Shown: piece by piece, positions 37,016 through 51,037 of the stretch
Layout of the letters: every line of letters begins with the position of its first letter
Numbering within the stretch: position 1 is the stretch's first letter
Assembly: GCA_965655095.1 (NCBI GenBank)
Contig: OZ296648.1
Coordinates: forward strand, 115,010,001-115,074,000
Length of the DNA stretch: 64,000 bases
Source of the DNA: Haplodiscus bocki
Taxonomy: Eukaryota
Direction: 5' to 3'
Notes under the pieces: model-generated
What the model saw: only the letters and a program-made list of their open reading frames with translations
Told to the model about the DNA's origin: nothing
The model's database searches: none
Position numbers and translations under genes: made by a program

Positions 37016-39299
37016 ACTCTCTATTGATGAAAAAATGCTTTTTAGACAGGGTTGATCCTGAAAAACGTCTAGACAGTCGAATGTCATAACGTTACAAGAG
37101 TTTGAAAGATGGCTGATTGAAATATCCATTTAGAAAGCCGATTTGCAAGGGTGATGAAGAAGCCACTCATTAAAAATAAGAAAATGGTGAGGCAGAGGAA
37201 AGCAGAGGTGTAGCAAGATGCGTCAGGAGCCGCAATTGTCGAGCGTAACTGCAAATGAGGATTCATTTCAAGCAACCAATGAAATGGTACAAGCCGTGCA
37301 TCCCCGTAACGGCGACAAAAGGCCTTTCAATGAGCCGAACTTATTTACTTTTGAGGGTGTTCTAGCTGAATTGAGGGGCCCAAAAGGAGAAAGCGAAAAG
37401 TCGGCTTCCACAAAAAATGATTGAAGACGCCTCCAAAGTCATATTGGATGTCCTACCTTTGCATCTTCTATTCATCATAATCGAATTAGGGCAACTGAGC
37501 ATTGTCATAGAAGCCACTTTTGCATCAACTCCAAAAAAGTAAACAAGGAAACAGAGAATAGTAAGGAGATTTGAGGATGTGGAAATAATGGAAAAAAGGA
37601 CCGTTGTGCATTTGGTAAAATGGAAAAGAGGGCATGAAAACTCATGGAAAAATCCAAACAATTTCCAAAGGCGTGGGCAGTAAAGTATTTGTAGACTAAC
37701 TTTGTTTCAAGAGACTTTATGGAATATGAATTTTGAAATGAAAATTCACCTTGAAGTTGCTTGACATTTCTAGAGGGTCTTGATTATCTATTTCAAGGTT
37801 TTGACGGAATTAACAGTGTTATGCGAAATCTTCAGAATTGCTTTTGCAATGAAAACAAAAATGATTGCTTTCGAAGTGAGTGCCATATTGTGGGTCTCCA
37901 CATGGGCTTTCAACCCTAATTTCTATGGAAAAAAAAGGGGAGACAAATCGGCAAAAACGGATTGGTCTTTTGTGTTGCCCTGATGGCAGTTTTCTTTTTG
38001 AGGACCAGCAAATAACAGCCAAATTCGATGAGTCAATGGAATGCTAGGACTCAATGAAGACCTTAAAAAGATCGCCCACCAAACAGCAGAAAAGAAAAAC
38101 TATCATTCAGTCAAAGGGTTCGCAACCGTAACCGCGCCAACACTAATCTTGCTAGTAGTCGCTTTATGTAGAAAATTTTGTACCCGGATGCATGAGTTAA
38201 ATTAATGCAATCTGTACTAGTTGTGCTTGTAAGTTGATGTCAACATCCAGTTTAACGTACAGTTTAATGTGTAACATGTTCAGGCAATTTTCGTTGGAGC
38301 AACAAATTGTTGTCGCACGGTGTTCTGAAATGACTGGAACTTGTTTTTAGAGTGACGACAGTCTCGAAAAAACAATTTGTGCTAACATGTTCGTGATTAT
38401 CAACGATCTTTCTTTATTTATGCGTTCCCCTTTTCTGCCAAGACCTGCTCCCGTACAATAGGAGCGTCAGCTGCGAATGGTCAAACCCTTTTTTAGTTGT
38501 TCAGCTTTGATAATTTCAAGTTTCCTTTTTGTGTTCGATTGTAACGTAACGTTTTTTATCTGAATGCATTTCGTTTGAACATCTCGGTTTGCAGTTAATA
38601 CAAAAAAATTGAAACTTCGATGTCACGACATTGCATTGAGCTAATACTCAAATGCTTGGCATCCAAAGCACTGGCTAGATACATCCCAACATCTTGAGCG
38701 GTGTTTCGCGATGCTTAGTTGGGAAATATAGTTGAATTGTTGAGTCAACGGCTGTTAATCAGTCGACAGCTCAACTGCACTGAAATAAGTCTCAGTCATT
38801 TTCCCGGTAAGATTTTGGCCATACCAGGGGGTTATTCTTTGCCAAAAATTTCCCGAAAAGCTAAGTTCGTTTTGGGGGTCCAATTTCGAAAAGATTGGAA
38901 AATTTGGAATGAACAGTTTCCTAGGTTTCATTAAATAGAAAAAGTGCACTTTGTTAAAAATTCGAAGTATTGGCAATTCGAAGGTACTTGCACGAGTTGA
39001 CTGGAACATCTGTTGTGGATGTTATAGCACAAAAAACGTAGCGTTGATCTCTTTCGGAACGCAAACAAATATGTGAGCCTTCTGGAAAATGCGATGATCG
39101 GGGTTTTCTAGCAAATATTCCCAATCGTTTGTACAAACAACCGCCACGACCGGGCTTTTAATTCGATCGAACAGTAAGTTGCAATCGGAACAGAAAAGGC
39201 GGCGAACTTTGTCGTATTTTTGCATAAAGTACGTAACGAGTATATGAGCTCAAAGGAAACCACGACTGAAACGGTAGCAAAAATCAAGTAAGTGGATCA

Positions 39300-42200
39300 T
39301 TGGACCGTTCCAAACTTCAATGAAAACTGTGGATTAAAAATAGTCATTTCAGAAGTTTTTGGATCGGCTATTTTCTCTATTTCTGCTAAATCGCTGGGCT
39401 AATAATCAGGTATCTCTGCGAGCTGAAATTGGATTTGTTCAAGTAACTGAATTTTCGCTGTGTTTCCATTCAAAATATGAGGCATATTACTAAACGGTGG
39501 TAGTTTTGAAAAACGTGTTGGAGAATCGGTAATGCGATATTTATTCGTTTTGGTTTTTGTAAGGCACATGTGGCCGAATCAGATCTAAGATCGATATTGG
39601 GCCCTTCTAACTCTCTACCGCAAGGAAAATTGACAAGATATACCCTACATCCTTTTTTGCGTACCACTTTTCTGGTCTGGTAGAGGATGACGAATCTAGA
39701 TGCGTCTGAGTAATACGTATGTGCCCAAAATTATACGCAACACGTGATTTTCTCAGATTGTATCAGGCCTCTGTGTTTACTGTTGACTGGGTGGACAGTG
39801 GTGTCCTTGAACTCGGTATGAATCTTAATTGATGTAGGAAGTTCGATAATTGATCTGGTGACATGACATTTGAATGAAATGACCTGACTGATGGAATTGA
39901 AGGTGATACACATTGATCAAAGGTAAGATTAGAAGCAAATGGAATAATAGAAATGCATGACATTGAGCTTTCACTGAACATTGAACAAGTTCATAAACTT
40001 GTCGGTTCCTCAAAATCAGGCGGTGTCAAAACTCTGATTCTGGTAAATGTGCTTTTGGAGGTTACTGTATGTGAAATCGAAAAATTCAGGAGTGGAGACA
40101 TCGTTCACAGATCCTCTTATTGGTGGCGTTCCTGGGTTTGGATGATTTCCATGTTCCGGTGCTCCTCGACTATGAACGTAAAGAAGAATGTTAGGTGGCT
40201 CATCAGAAGTGACGTTTTTATCCGTTTTATGTCCGTTCAGTAAATCATGAAGTGTTTTGTCAAAGAGACTGGTTCACAAAAAGTTTGGTTTGTAAGATCA
40301 GCACGGAAATTATTCGATTTAACCTCAGGTGGGTCTTCAAACTTGTATTTTGGTCTGATTGGTCTTTATTAAAGTCGATGCACACACTGTGTGAAACTAG
40401 TGTCCACTTTGCGAACAAGGCAATTGGATCAGTGAAGAGAAAGCCATCTCTGCCAATTTCATCATTCACGTTCACTAGTTTTGGCTATAGAAAAATGTAA
40501 AAGCTAGGTTTCGTCAGAGGTGATGCTGACGCTTTTCTATCAAAATAGCTACTATATTTGTGGTACGCTTAAAGAGTCGTAACTCTAGCTGTTGTTCAAA
40601 AATCGGCAAGACTATTTTCATTCGAGAAATCGTATCGGTTTCGAACGTTTTTCGTGGTTTGTTGACAGAAACGAATTTTCAACGCTGCTGTGGGTTCACG
40701 CCCATGGAAAACAAACGTCGGATTGCAACCGATTGAAGGATGAAACGTAGAAATGTGTACAAAAACTGCAGGATCGACATGCAAATGCCAATCCTTCTGA
40801 ACCAAAACTTGGTCATTGCCAAGGTATTTCTCAGAAGTTGATATACCTCTTTCAACCACTCCCAGTTTGGGGATGTTTAACTGTTGCAAAATTCATTTTG
40901 ATATGCAGTAACTGCCAAAGTTCTTTCATCATATCGGATGTGAAAACTGTTGCTAAATTTGATAAAATTACTTCAAGCAAACAAGAATGCTCCAGAAAAA
41001 CTTGAAAATGCTTCAGCAGCTAAATCAGCTGCGGCTGCTCTCAAGGGAATTGCAAAAGGTATTTGTTGAAGACATCTATGGCCGTTAGTATGTGTGTGTA
41101 TCCCCAGAAGTTGGCAATTTGCCTACAAGATCAACTTGTAGTATATCCCCAGGGAAGGACTGCTACTCTGCTACAGATTGCAAAGTGGCCTGAAAGATGT
41201 CTACCTTAATGGTTTTATTCGCAGACATGATGTGCAGTTTTCGATAAAATTTGCAAGGTATTCAACGGCCTCAGAAAACAGAACGTTTCCCTGAAATTCT
41301 GTGCTGTTTTAGTCCCAAATGTCCCCAAACTTGCTGTTGTGTCTTCTGAAAAGTACTCCGTACCTCAGTTGTTTTGGTACGACATAGTAGTCCTAAAGTT
41401 TAAAATTCTGTCCTGTATCATGAAATATAACTTTCGATAGAGGACTCTGTTGTGTATTTCCAAACTTTTCAGATTGTTGTAGTATATTCCTAATTCAGGA
41501 TTGATAAAATAACGCGGTTGGAAACCGGTTAGTTTTTATCCATTCAATGACCGTGCAACTTTTTCGTCTTGTTTTTGTTCCACTGCTAAGTTAAGTGGCT
41601 CCGTTTCATCGCAAAAGTCAAATCCATCCGGAGGGTTTGCTCGATGAAGAGCATTAAGGATATTAAGGATTAAAGCTTTAACATAAATCAAATCCATTAA
41701 CTGGATCATTTTGAACGTAATTCCAACTACTGTTCGGTAACTGCAACGCTAAATCGACATCAACATCGCAAACTGAAGAATAGGACTGAAATTTCAATTA
41801 AGTTTTGTTTCAGGGTTAATGTCAACAATCTGAGGCTAAAGTTGTTTCACCTGGAATGTGTCCCAGAAAGAAATTTAAAAATCAGGACAATATCTAAGCA
41901 TGTCCAAAAACTCGACGGAACTGTCTTGGTTTGAGGAAGTCTCGTCAGACTACAATTGTTTGTCAGCACCAGAACTCGTTTCGTTCTCTCCCACAAAATG
42001 TGAGCAAAAGAATCGAAAGCGAAATGGACTGTCAAAGATCCTTTAGCGTAGATTGACTATTTCAGAAGAGTTGAATTGAAAACTTTGGAACTAAATGACG
42101 CAGGCAAGTAAATTTTCATTTCGTTCCTAGATTGCTCGTTTATACCGTCTCCTATCAATAGCACGATCCTGTTGAATAAAAACTGGCGTGAGCCATACTG

Positions 42201-43700
42201 CATACCGTGAAATGGACTTCGGGAGCCGTATTGATGTTTCACAAGCTTGTATCAGGTCAGTGCGCAGTTTTTCAAAAGGAATTTTTCTCTCAATTCAAGA
42301 ATGACTGCTCTGAAAAACAAGAAAAATCCAAACATGAGTCCGATTTGTGTTGGATTTTTCGGCATTTTCATGTTTAAAAAATGTTGTACTTTTTCTTTGT
42401 TAAGTGGCATTCCCTCGCTGGAAATAGTACTTCCTGAACATTTAATTTCCGCCGATCCAAATTCACATTTGGACATTGTTAATTTCAAAACAGCTCGTCT
42501 GATGCAATTTAAAAAATTCACTCAAATTGAGGATTGCTTCCTCGATTATATGTCCTGCTGTTCCAAGATCATCGACGAACTGAAACCTTGGATCAGCGGC
42601 TATGCAAGGGTCCATGTATTTACGCATGAACCAGCTAAAAGCGCTCATTGATTCACTCAGTTTTTGTGGTAGTCTTAAATATGCAAAAGTTCGGAAAACG
42701 AAACTGAAAAATAGTAGTTGGATTGACACTAGATCGGTCATTTTCAGAGCATGATAGGCCTGGGTGCAGTCTAATTTTGCGAAGAATTTCTTGCTAGATA
42801 AATGCGCGCTGGCATCAGCACCGGCAGTTATTGGAAAATTGTGTGAATCGTAATCAAGCCAAATCAAGTGATTTACGCGTCGTAGATCATTCAAGTGGCT
42901 TAGAGGCCCTAAGGTTTGCGCTCCGTGAAGATTGGGCTCGAATATTTGAAACACGGCAAAGTTGTTATAATGCCAAATTATTGGAGTATTGCGAGTTCTA
43001 CCAGAATGTCCTCCTTGAAATGTATTGGTGTTGGAGGGCTCTGCGTATACAATGCTGTCATGCTCAGGCGTGACATTGATTTCGAAAAATTATCGCCTCC
43101 GATATCAAGTCGGTGTCGCGCAAAAACAACATGGCACTTATCAAGTAGTTCTTCAACTCGTTCTTTCTCATGATCCGTTAAAATTGACTTGGGCCAATCA
43201 AATTAGCTCGAAATGATTTTCGGTTCGTGTACCTTTTGGTTGAATCAAGCTATTCGCGTTGTTTCAAGTCTCCTAGTTCTTCATAAATTCGTTTATTAAT
43301 GCCCGTTATTTCTGCTGGATTTTCGCATGTTTCTGGATTGGGAGACAAAAATTCGTTGTCGCTTTGTGGTTTTATATCCATTAGTAGGATCAGCCAAAAT
43401 GAGTTCGTGTATTGAAGGTTCAAGTGTTTCGTAAAAAGTTCAGGCTTCAAAGGTTGTATAAATGATTCATGTTTTGGTGTTAAAAGTATGATTCTTGCCA
43501 CTTTAGTATCCTTGGGAACTGTGATTATCGTAGAGGTCATATTAGGAAAACCAAAAAGAGTGCTCTCTGCTTCGCCGAATTTTGTGAGTGAACCAGTTAA
43601 TGATTGACTAGTCTCTTTCAAAATTTGGTAAAGGTTCAACAACTGCACATGTTCGCTCAGCTAAAAGGCGACAGGTTAAAAAACAATTAGAAACTACTTG
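39300..43700 (-). mobile_element. Degraded Ty3/Gypsy LTR retrotransposon pol (RT-RNaseH-integrase)
   Basis: RT motifs DLRRVNH, FAKLDCTQAYH, FAYLRLPQ and FVDDL. RNase H YLPASFSSKVF and VLVLTNN. Integrase LQVDLVGKLPTSG..ILTAIDVF and GVVERG. Domain order is RT-RH-INT, with many stops and frameshifts. Confidence 0.9.
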
Positions 43701-44177
43701 GGAGTTTGGATGTATAACAAATTTCAGCTGCGTTTTGAGAAAAAAACGATTTCGAAGTTGAAGAGTTGACCATCCTGGAAGGAAGCGATTTCATTCAATC
43801 GCAGTCATATTAAGGATTTTAATGTTTTATTGCCTGGGTTGGAGTTGATTTCAAATTTTTCAAAAAAAAAACAGGCAATTCAAGAATAGGTCTATTAATG
43901 GTTCTTGAAGGCAGAAAATTTTCGGAAAAGGTTTCTCGAAACCGAAAGTGAGAACTACGGAACCGAGCGTAGAGAAACGTTGTCCATTTGCAACTTTCAC
44001 CGAGATGGAATCATTGTGACCAAATGCGTTAAGAGGTTAGGCAAGGAATGGGATATGAAACAGTTGTTTCATCTTGCGGGTACCATGGTTGATTTTGACT
44101 ACCCGAGTGCCACTGTCCCTGTTTCTTTATTTTACTTTATATTATCAATAGCCATACTTGAATTAATAATTTACCTA

Positions 44178-44279
44178 ACCATATTCGGTATCCCATAAAA
44201 TAAAAGTTCTAACTATAGAGGATGTTTGTAGATCATGATTGATATTAATTAAAGTTCATGACTTTTAAGTCATGACTAG
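44178..44279 (+). repeat. ~100-bp dispersed repeat, copy 2, ending in a hairpin followed by CTAG
   Basis: TCATGACT-TTTA-AGTCATGA (44256-44275) followed by CTAG (44276-44279). Confidence 0.85.
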
Positions 44280-44659
44280 AAACATAGAAATCAAGAATCT
44301 AAGCTATGGTTTACATTAAAGTTTCGGGTCACCATTCATCCTGAGATTCCCGATACAAAAATTACTGTGACTGACGCTTATAAACAACTGATATATCATC
44401 GAAAGAGTAACAAGAAAAATCTACTGAGATCTCTCTCAATTGCATCCCTCAAAAATCGCTGAGGCAAGGCTTTTGTGGCCAACCTGGAAAAACCGATAAA
44501 AGCTTAAATGCTTTGGATTTAACTACTTCGAGTGAGAATTAGTCAAAAAGAACAATTCACTGAAGAAACAGCGCCAAAAAGGACAAACAATTTAAATGAG
44601 TTGATTGGCTGAATATTATGCCTTCTAAATCTGTAACTGGCGGGAAGGTGCCCTACTGA

Positions 44660-47600
44660 ACTTAAAGTGTCTTGTATTTGGACCGATACAGTACCTTCTA
44701 TGTCCTTAATGGGTGGGAAAGCGCCTTATTGTTCAAAATGCCGCAGTCGCAGCATCTCAGTAAAGTTTCCTTGCGGCAAATGTAAAAGCGAATGCGAAGA
44801 TGATACGCTATTTTGTGCCGCATGCAGTAAGTGGTATCATGCTAGTCAATGCTAAAGAATAGCTGCAAACTAATTGAACTCTCTTCACAAAAAACAGAGT
44901 AGACTATTCTAATAGTGCAAAAACTGTAATTGAGGGGTAGAAACTTTCTGACCAACTCTTGAGCATTTCCAAGATAAGGTGCAAAAACTACGAGATAAAG
45001 AAGAGTCAACTGAGAATAGAGAAACAATATCAACCCATTCGAAGACTATCGAATTTGAAACGAAAAAGGGATCCTCCAAACAAGCTGTGAAGATAAGCTG
45101 AATACTACGATAAATAGCAATGCAAAAGGGAATCCCCAACAATTTGATAAATAAGTAGAGCAGCACTTGATCGACAAAAAAAGGAATTTGTTCTCCTTCG
45201 AATAACTGCAAGTGTCAGAGAAAATGACCCAGACCGTTACAATGAGGAGGTCGCATATTTGAATGAATTCTGTTTGGAAGTATTGAAATGTTAATCATTT
45301 AGCTGTAATGAGCACTATACGACTTGGAGATCAGGTCAAGCCGAAGAAACCCAAGATAGTATCAACACCACTCAAAGAAATACTCGAAAACAAGGAATAC
45401 AGGGGCGAAATCAACAACAACCTGCGAAACTTGCAGAGGGCTCCAAACGAATTCCAAACTGTCAGTGTATCACATGATTACTCACGAAAAGAACACGAAT
45501 TGGTCAAAAACAAACTCCAGGCAGCGCGTGAAAAATATGGCGAGAACGCAAAAAAATTATGTTTTCAGCAGTGGCCGCCGAACACGTCAAAATATAATGC
45601 CGCAAGAAAAAAAATAGTCCGTCCACCGGAGATCAAAACAAATGACTAATAGAAACTCATCAAGTAATACTATACAATGTGATGACCTTGTTGAACTTAC
45701 CAAAACGAATGAACTTAGTCGACTATGCGACCACATACGACTATGACATAATGCTTGTAACGAAGCTTGGCTCACTTCTGACCTGGATTGCACTGAACTG
45801 TTTCCCTCTCCATTCAATACTGTCAGAGTTGAAAGACCCACCAAAAATAACGACACGGCAGTTGCATCATTGCAGTCAAAATACAATCATCTATATTTGA
45901 TCAAACTGTCGCCAGCCACACAAACTTCGCTCCCAGCAGCGAAAGTAATCCAACACAAAGCGGTTTTTCATAGCATTACCCTAAGTCACCCAGCGGCAGT
46001 TATTATCTCAAAACGAAGTTGCTTTGATGTTCAATTTTTTACTGCGCCTGAATGACAAGAACGTAATCCCAAGTAGAGATTACAACTAACCCAAAACATA
46101 TGGACACACCTACCACTCCACCGATGAATACGAAACTTTTTGCCAACCAAGCTCTTCAATTTGGGACTCTGTCTTCAGAATGAGCATTTCTCTGACTTAA
46201 GCGACTGGGGAGTCACAGGAAATACACGACTTCTCACACCATTAACCAGTTAAATAATTTTGCACCCAAGAGATAATTAAACAGGACCCCATGTATATCA
46301 TAGCTACTATATCTGTTATTTCGACTACTTGAACGAACAAATCCTAGAAGACTGTTTACCCCGTACTGCTACAGCAGCGTTGAAAAAAATGACTCAACTA
46401 TCGTATGAATGGACTTTCGTACTCATCGACGTAAAAAGTACACGAAGAACATAGAAAATATAAGCATTCGCACCTTGCCAATTACCAGTCAATTCACATA
46501 CTCTCATGAAGCTAAGCACACAGCAGAAGAAATATGAAAAAAAATGAGCACAGTAAAATAACAGTCAACATCAGATTACGTGAAGCCCACACTCAAAGAT
46601 GGAAAAATAAAAGTCAAGTTACAAACAACAGACCGGTGACTCTACTGCCCATAAGACAAAAGTGATCTTCACAGCAATGAGGAAAGGTATCTATGCTTCG
46701 CTCACACAAATCAGTTTGGACTACTACCGAGATCGGTAAAACTCAACTCATCAAAAGTGTCTTTGAAATCTACGAAAACATTGCGGTCACAAAATTCATT
46801 TTCTGATGTGTTCGCGTTGTTCTCAGCAGGCATACATTAACTCTTACTCTCAGCTGACGTTATTCCAGTTTCTGAGGTACAATTATCATTCCTTTCCAGT
46901 GCAGCCCTTTCTTACCGCAGTTCGTCCACAGAAAACATAGCCACCGAACTAAATTCAAGACTAAATGAACGTTTACTACTAAGAAGTTTTCCAGAAAATT
47001 TCATGAAAGTATGGCAGAAAGTTTCCACTATTATGTCTATTTTGACTTGTACAGTGTCGCCTAAAATAACCAATGGTACATGCAGCCTGCAAGATTCCTT
47101 AAAATTGTACAAGTTCACCATAAAATTACTTACTAACCGGTAATCTCACTTCTGGAAAAATTCTTTCAGAAAAAAGGCCACTACAAGAAGACTAGGATAG
47201 CTGAGGAAAAATTGAGTTGCGACCGACTTTAAAGAACTTTAAAAAATGTTCTCCCTTTTCATTAACTCCTTGGCTTGATTGCACGACAGCATGGTGACTG
47301 ATGAGGTCCGTTCTAACTTTATTTTCGTTATTACAGGCCATTTCCTGGAGATCAATGAAAAGTTATCGTTCAAAAAAACAGGTAAAGTTTCAACGATCAT
47401 ATCTCACGAACGCAACAATTCAGCTCAGATTGAAGCAAAGAAAACGCCAGTCAGAAAAACGCCTCTCGGTTCAGAACAGTCCCCGAACAGCTTGCCTGAG
47501 CCTGGAGGTCCTAAGATATCTGACTGCGTTGATTTAACTCGAGAGTTCGAATGATAAAAATCAGTTAATAGATATTAAAATGATAAAAAATGGCGAAAAA

Positions 47601-47950
47601 CAAGTCTCACTGGTCGAAAGATTAGCTGCACTGTCTTTCACAGATTCACAAATATTTTAGTACTGATTGCCCATGCGTAACTATTCCTAATTTTACGTTT
47701 CGCCTCGCCCAGTAATAGACCCAAACTCTCTAAACAACATTCACGTTGGATTAATCTCTTTATACGGAAAATTTCATAAGAATTCCAGAGAAAAACAATG
47801 GCCATACATCTTCCTACGGAAAAAATCCGCAGAACTGATAACTAATTCCCACTTTGATTTCGCCCGCCATTTCCACTATTTGGCATAACCTCCCTGACCC
47901 TTTTACTCAAGCTGAAATATTCTCCACCTCGACTTTGTTATTTTGAATTC
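44660..47950 (+). mobile_element. Degraded LINE (CR1/L2/Jockey group) with PHD-containing ORF1 and APE remnant
   Basis: PHD CGKCKSECEDDTLFCAACSKWYHASQC. ORF1 C-terminal RLG..KP....NLRNL...VSVSHDYSRKE. APE start LNLPKRMNL...YDYDIMLVT. The downstream RT region is very decayed. Confidence 0.65.
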
Positions 47951-48549
47951 CTTCCTCGCCACAGCTCGTTAGCAACAATGACTTTATCCATATAGCACCC
48001 TGGAAAAAATAAGATAATTGAAAATAATTTCTCATTTATACTCCCACTACTTAGCATGTTGTGCACATCTATGTCTGCAAGTTGGAATAATCTTTCTTAT
48101 GATCAAGATTTTTCTCATACCCTGCATTCCCAAGCTTGAAAAAAGCGACACCTTTGCCCGGATAGAAGCACGATTTGCGATTGAAAGCATTCAACCACAT
48201 CAACTCCACGAATCTTCCCACTACCTTCCCTATCCTGCCTAACCCCTACACCCATAGAAACTAAACTTTTTAACAATTTTGCCATTCCTACTGCCTAGAA
48301 ACGGCTACTCCCTTGCTGCATAGTCCCCTGTAAGGCAATTGGGAACTTTCCTCAATTGAGCATACTCCCCCAAACAGGTACTTCTCTAAGCACTGTAAAG
48401 TGAAATTTTCTATGACCTCATTCTTTATCAAGTCCATTCAATCTCACCACCTAAGAAAAACCAGATCCTTACCGCGATCGTACTTCGCATTACATATTGA
48501 AAACTATTCCGCTCTTCAACGGCCACTCCCACTATTTAGCATATCCTCG

Positions 48550-48860
48550 CTTACCCCTGTACCCAAAATTGATGAATATCAAGGTTTCAGGTGTTTTCAA
48601 TCCCTCGGTTCCCACAGCCTGCTAAGAGCAACCCCGCCACCCGCAAACACCCCTGGATTAGAACTAAAAGTTGTTAGCCACTCCAATAACCACTAACCAT
48701 CCCACTACTTTTCCTAACCTCCTTAACCCTTGTATCCAAAATGACGATATCTTAAGGCCTTCAAGTTTTTCTGATTCTGCTGGTTCGCACAGCCTGGGAA
48801 AGGCCAGGATCCTGCGCGATTCTTACCCCGGATTAGAATTGGAACCTTTAAACTAACTAA
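48550..48860 (+). repeat. Two diverged tandem copies of a ~172-bp unit
   Basis: CTTAMCCC.TGTAYCCAAAAT...CACAGCCTG...CCCYGGATTAGAA occurs at ~48550 and ~48722. Confidence 0.6.
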
Positions 48861-49749
48861 ACTTCCCTTGAAGTTCCCGCTATTAATGTTCCTTAGAATA
48901 AATACATTCAGAGGGTTAGGAGGCGATTTTTCGTTTTTTTTCCACTTTGTGCAGTGTCAAAGACCCTGTGCTGGTGTGTAGGGCTCCTCCTTGACTTTTG
49001 TTCCCTTCTCCAGCAATTTGGGAAGAAACAATTGAGAAGTTTCCAAGAATTAATTTTGGTATAATTATATTCACTTGCGGAGCAAAAAAAATTGAATTTC
49101 ATTAGCGCGCTCTAACCTCGACGATGATGCTCCGTATGGTTCCTACTCCACTCCCAGATAGCTTTGCTGCGTTTTGAAACGAAATGTCCCACGAAATTTC
49201 TTATTTCTTACGAGGTCGCAAAATATACGAAAAAGCGTAAAAAGAATAAAACCTGAGTAATACTATCTATAGGTACTTTGTAAAATTGAAATTATCCGAA
49301 GTCACAAAAACAAAAAGAGCAAGACTTTGAGTACTTCGTAAAAATAAAATTTTCCCGAGTCATAGAAACAGAGTAACAGTACAAGTACTTCATAAAATTG
49401 AACCTTTTCGATTTCCTAAACATTCGAAATCTATACAAACCGGGAACGGTTTATGTCGGCACCGTCAGTATGGCCCATCATATCCACGGGCGATACCTTT
49501 TATGGGATCATTTGCCCGTCTGACAATAACTTTGTAAAATCATATTTTTTCCTGTTTAGTACTATATATATAATTGTTTATGTTGAGTTATTCTGGCTTC
49601 AGGTTGGGGGCCTCTGTCAGCTCAATCTAGTGACAGGGTTTTTCCATTTTTGTGGTCGAAAATCTAAATCGAATTTTCCTTCGGTGCTAGTCCACATTCC
49701 TTTTGAACTCCTGCAAGTTGTTACTGTACACAATTTCCCCTGCTATCTT

Positions 49750-50800
49750 ATTTTAATCACTTACTACCGACTTCTGAAAATTCTTCCGTTGACTCAGCTC
49801 CCTTTTTGTCTTGAGTAATTGCAGTTGTTTTCTTAGTGTTCTCTTTTCCTGAAATGTATCAAGTCCCTTCGATACTTTACGGTCATTATAGAGAGTTCAC
49901 TAATTTGAAAGCCTCTATTATTGATTCCTTCAATAAATTTTAAAGTTTTTAATTTAAATTTTAAAATAAATTTTAAAGTTTTCAATCTTTCCTCAAACGG
50001 TAGCTCTCGTGAAGAGGGTGTCAATTCTGTTACTCTACGTAGGACGTTTTCTATGTGATTTTTTGTCTTTCAAGTTTTGCATAACAGATTTAATTGAAGT
50101 TAACAGATTTTAATTAAACCAAGATGTGGTCTAACGAGCACTTTGGAAAGACTCGATACTATATTTCCAGTAAGTTTACAGAAAGCTCTTTCGAGAAGTG
50201 CTAAAATATCGTTAGCATTGATTTTTGTCGAGACATGTTTGTTAAAGATAAGTTTCTCATCAATTTCTACTCCAATTTTTTCTTGTCCAGTGCTGTAATG
50301 TGTCCATGTCCTGCTGTAATTTCGGTAGATTGGTGTCTGATTTTATTTCTCAGGATAACGGTGCAACACGATTTGAACAAGTGAAATGGAAAGGCATAAT
50401 TATTAAAAAGTCTATCACAACAATTCGGCCGGAGAAAAATTTCATTTGAAAAAAAATTCAAGAAGAAAGAAAATGCCAGGAAAAATTGCACCAAAGGTCC
50501 AAAATTGTTGCCCAACAGAGGCAATGATGGTCGACTTTGAGAAATTGTTGGTTTTAGCGATAATTTTGTGTACGGAAAGAAAGTTATAATTTCATTCCCA
50601 GGATTTTGTTATAACCCTTTGTAAAAAAAAAAAGAGTCCAGGTTTGTGTAAGGGGTTTTGAGAAAAAAAAGGACCTTCTGTGTCTTAGACGTGATGGTCG
50701 AGTTTTTGAAAAACTTGATTTCTGCCTCTGCTAAATTTTTTGGAACGTATTGGTAAGTTCTAAAAAAGCCCAGTGGCACAGCCTTTCTTGTAGATAGCTG
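49750..50800 (-). mobile_element. Degraded CR1/L2-like LINE ORF2 fragments
   Basis: KVLVRPHL, ELPFEERLKTLK and RRDLI are typical post-RT motifs of CR1/L2 ORF2. Small tandem duplications at 49934-49983 and 50083-50115. Confidence 0.55.
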
Positions 50801-50940
50801 AAGTGAAACAATTTATCATTTCTCTGACCATTAGGAATATTGCATCATTTACTTTAACATCAGCCAAGAAATCAATTAGAACTAATTGAACAGATTCTCG
50901 AAATTCTTCTCACGGAGTAATTGCTGGCTCCAAACCTAAC

Positions 50941-51037
50941 CTGAGGGTTGAGGATCAACTGGCGCAGCATTGGCTTGTCCAAACAGTGGGCCTCCTCCGA
51001 CAACTGGAGCGGTGTTACCCGGAGGTTGTCCAAACAT
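50941..51037 (-). CDS. NUP62: Nup62 first coding exon (FG-repeat N-terminus)
   Basis: 97 nt encoding MFGQPPGNTAPVVGGGPLFGQANAAPVDPQPS+G. It is preceded by a strong acceptor TTTTTTTTTCAG|ATTCA-ATG (AG at 51044-51043) and ends at a phase-1 donor matching the orphan acceptor at 24687. The LFGQ style is the same as in the main exon. Confidence 0.82.

Larger units (their letters stand above)
24688..50940 (-). other. Predicted ~26.3-kb phase-1 intron of NUP62
   Basis: Donor CAG|GTTAGG at 50941/50940 and acceptor TTTAG|G at 24688/24687. Joining them gives a continuous 1569-nt CDS (522 aa). Confidence 0.8.
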
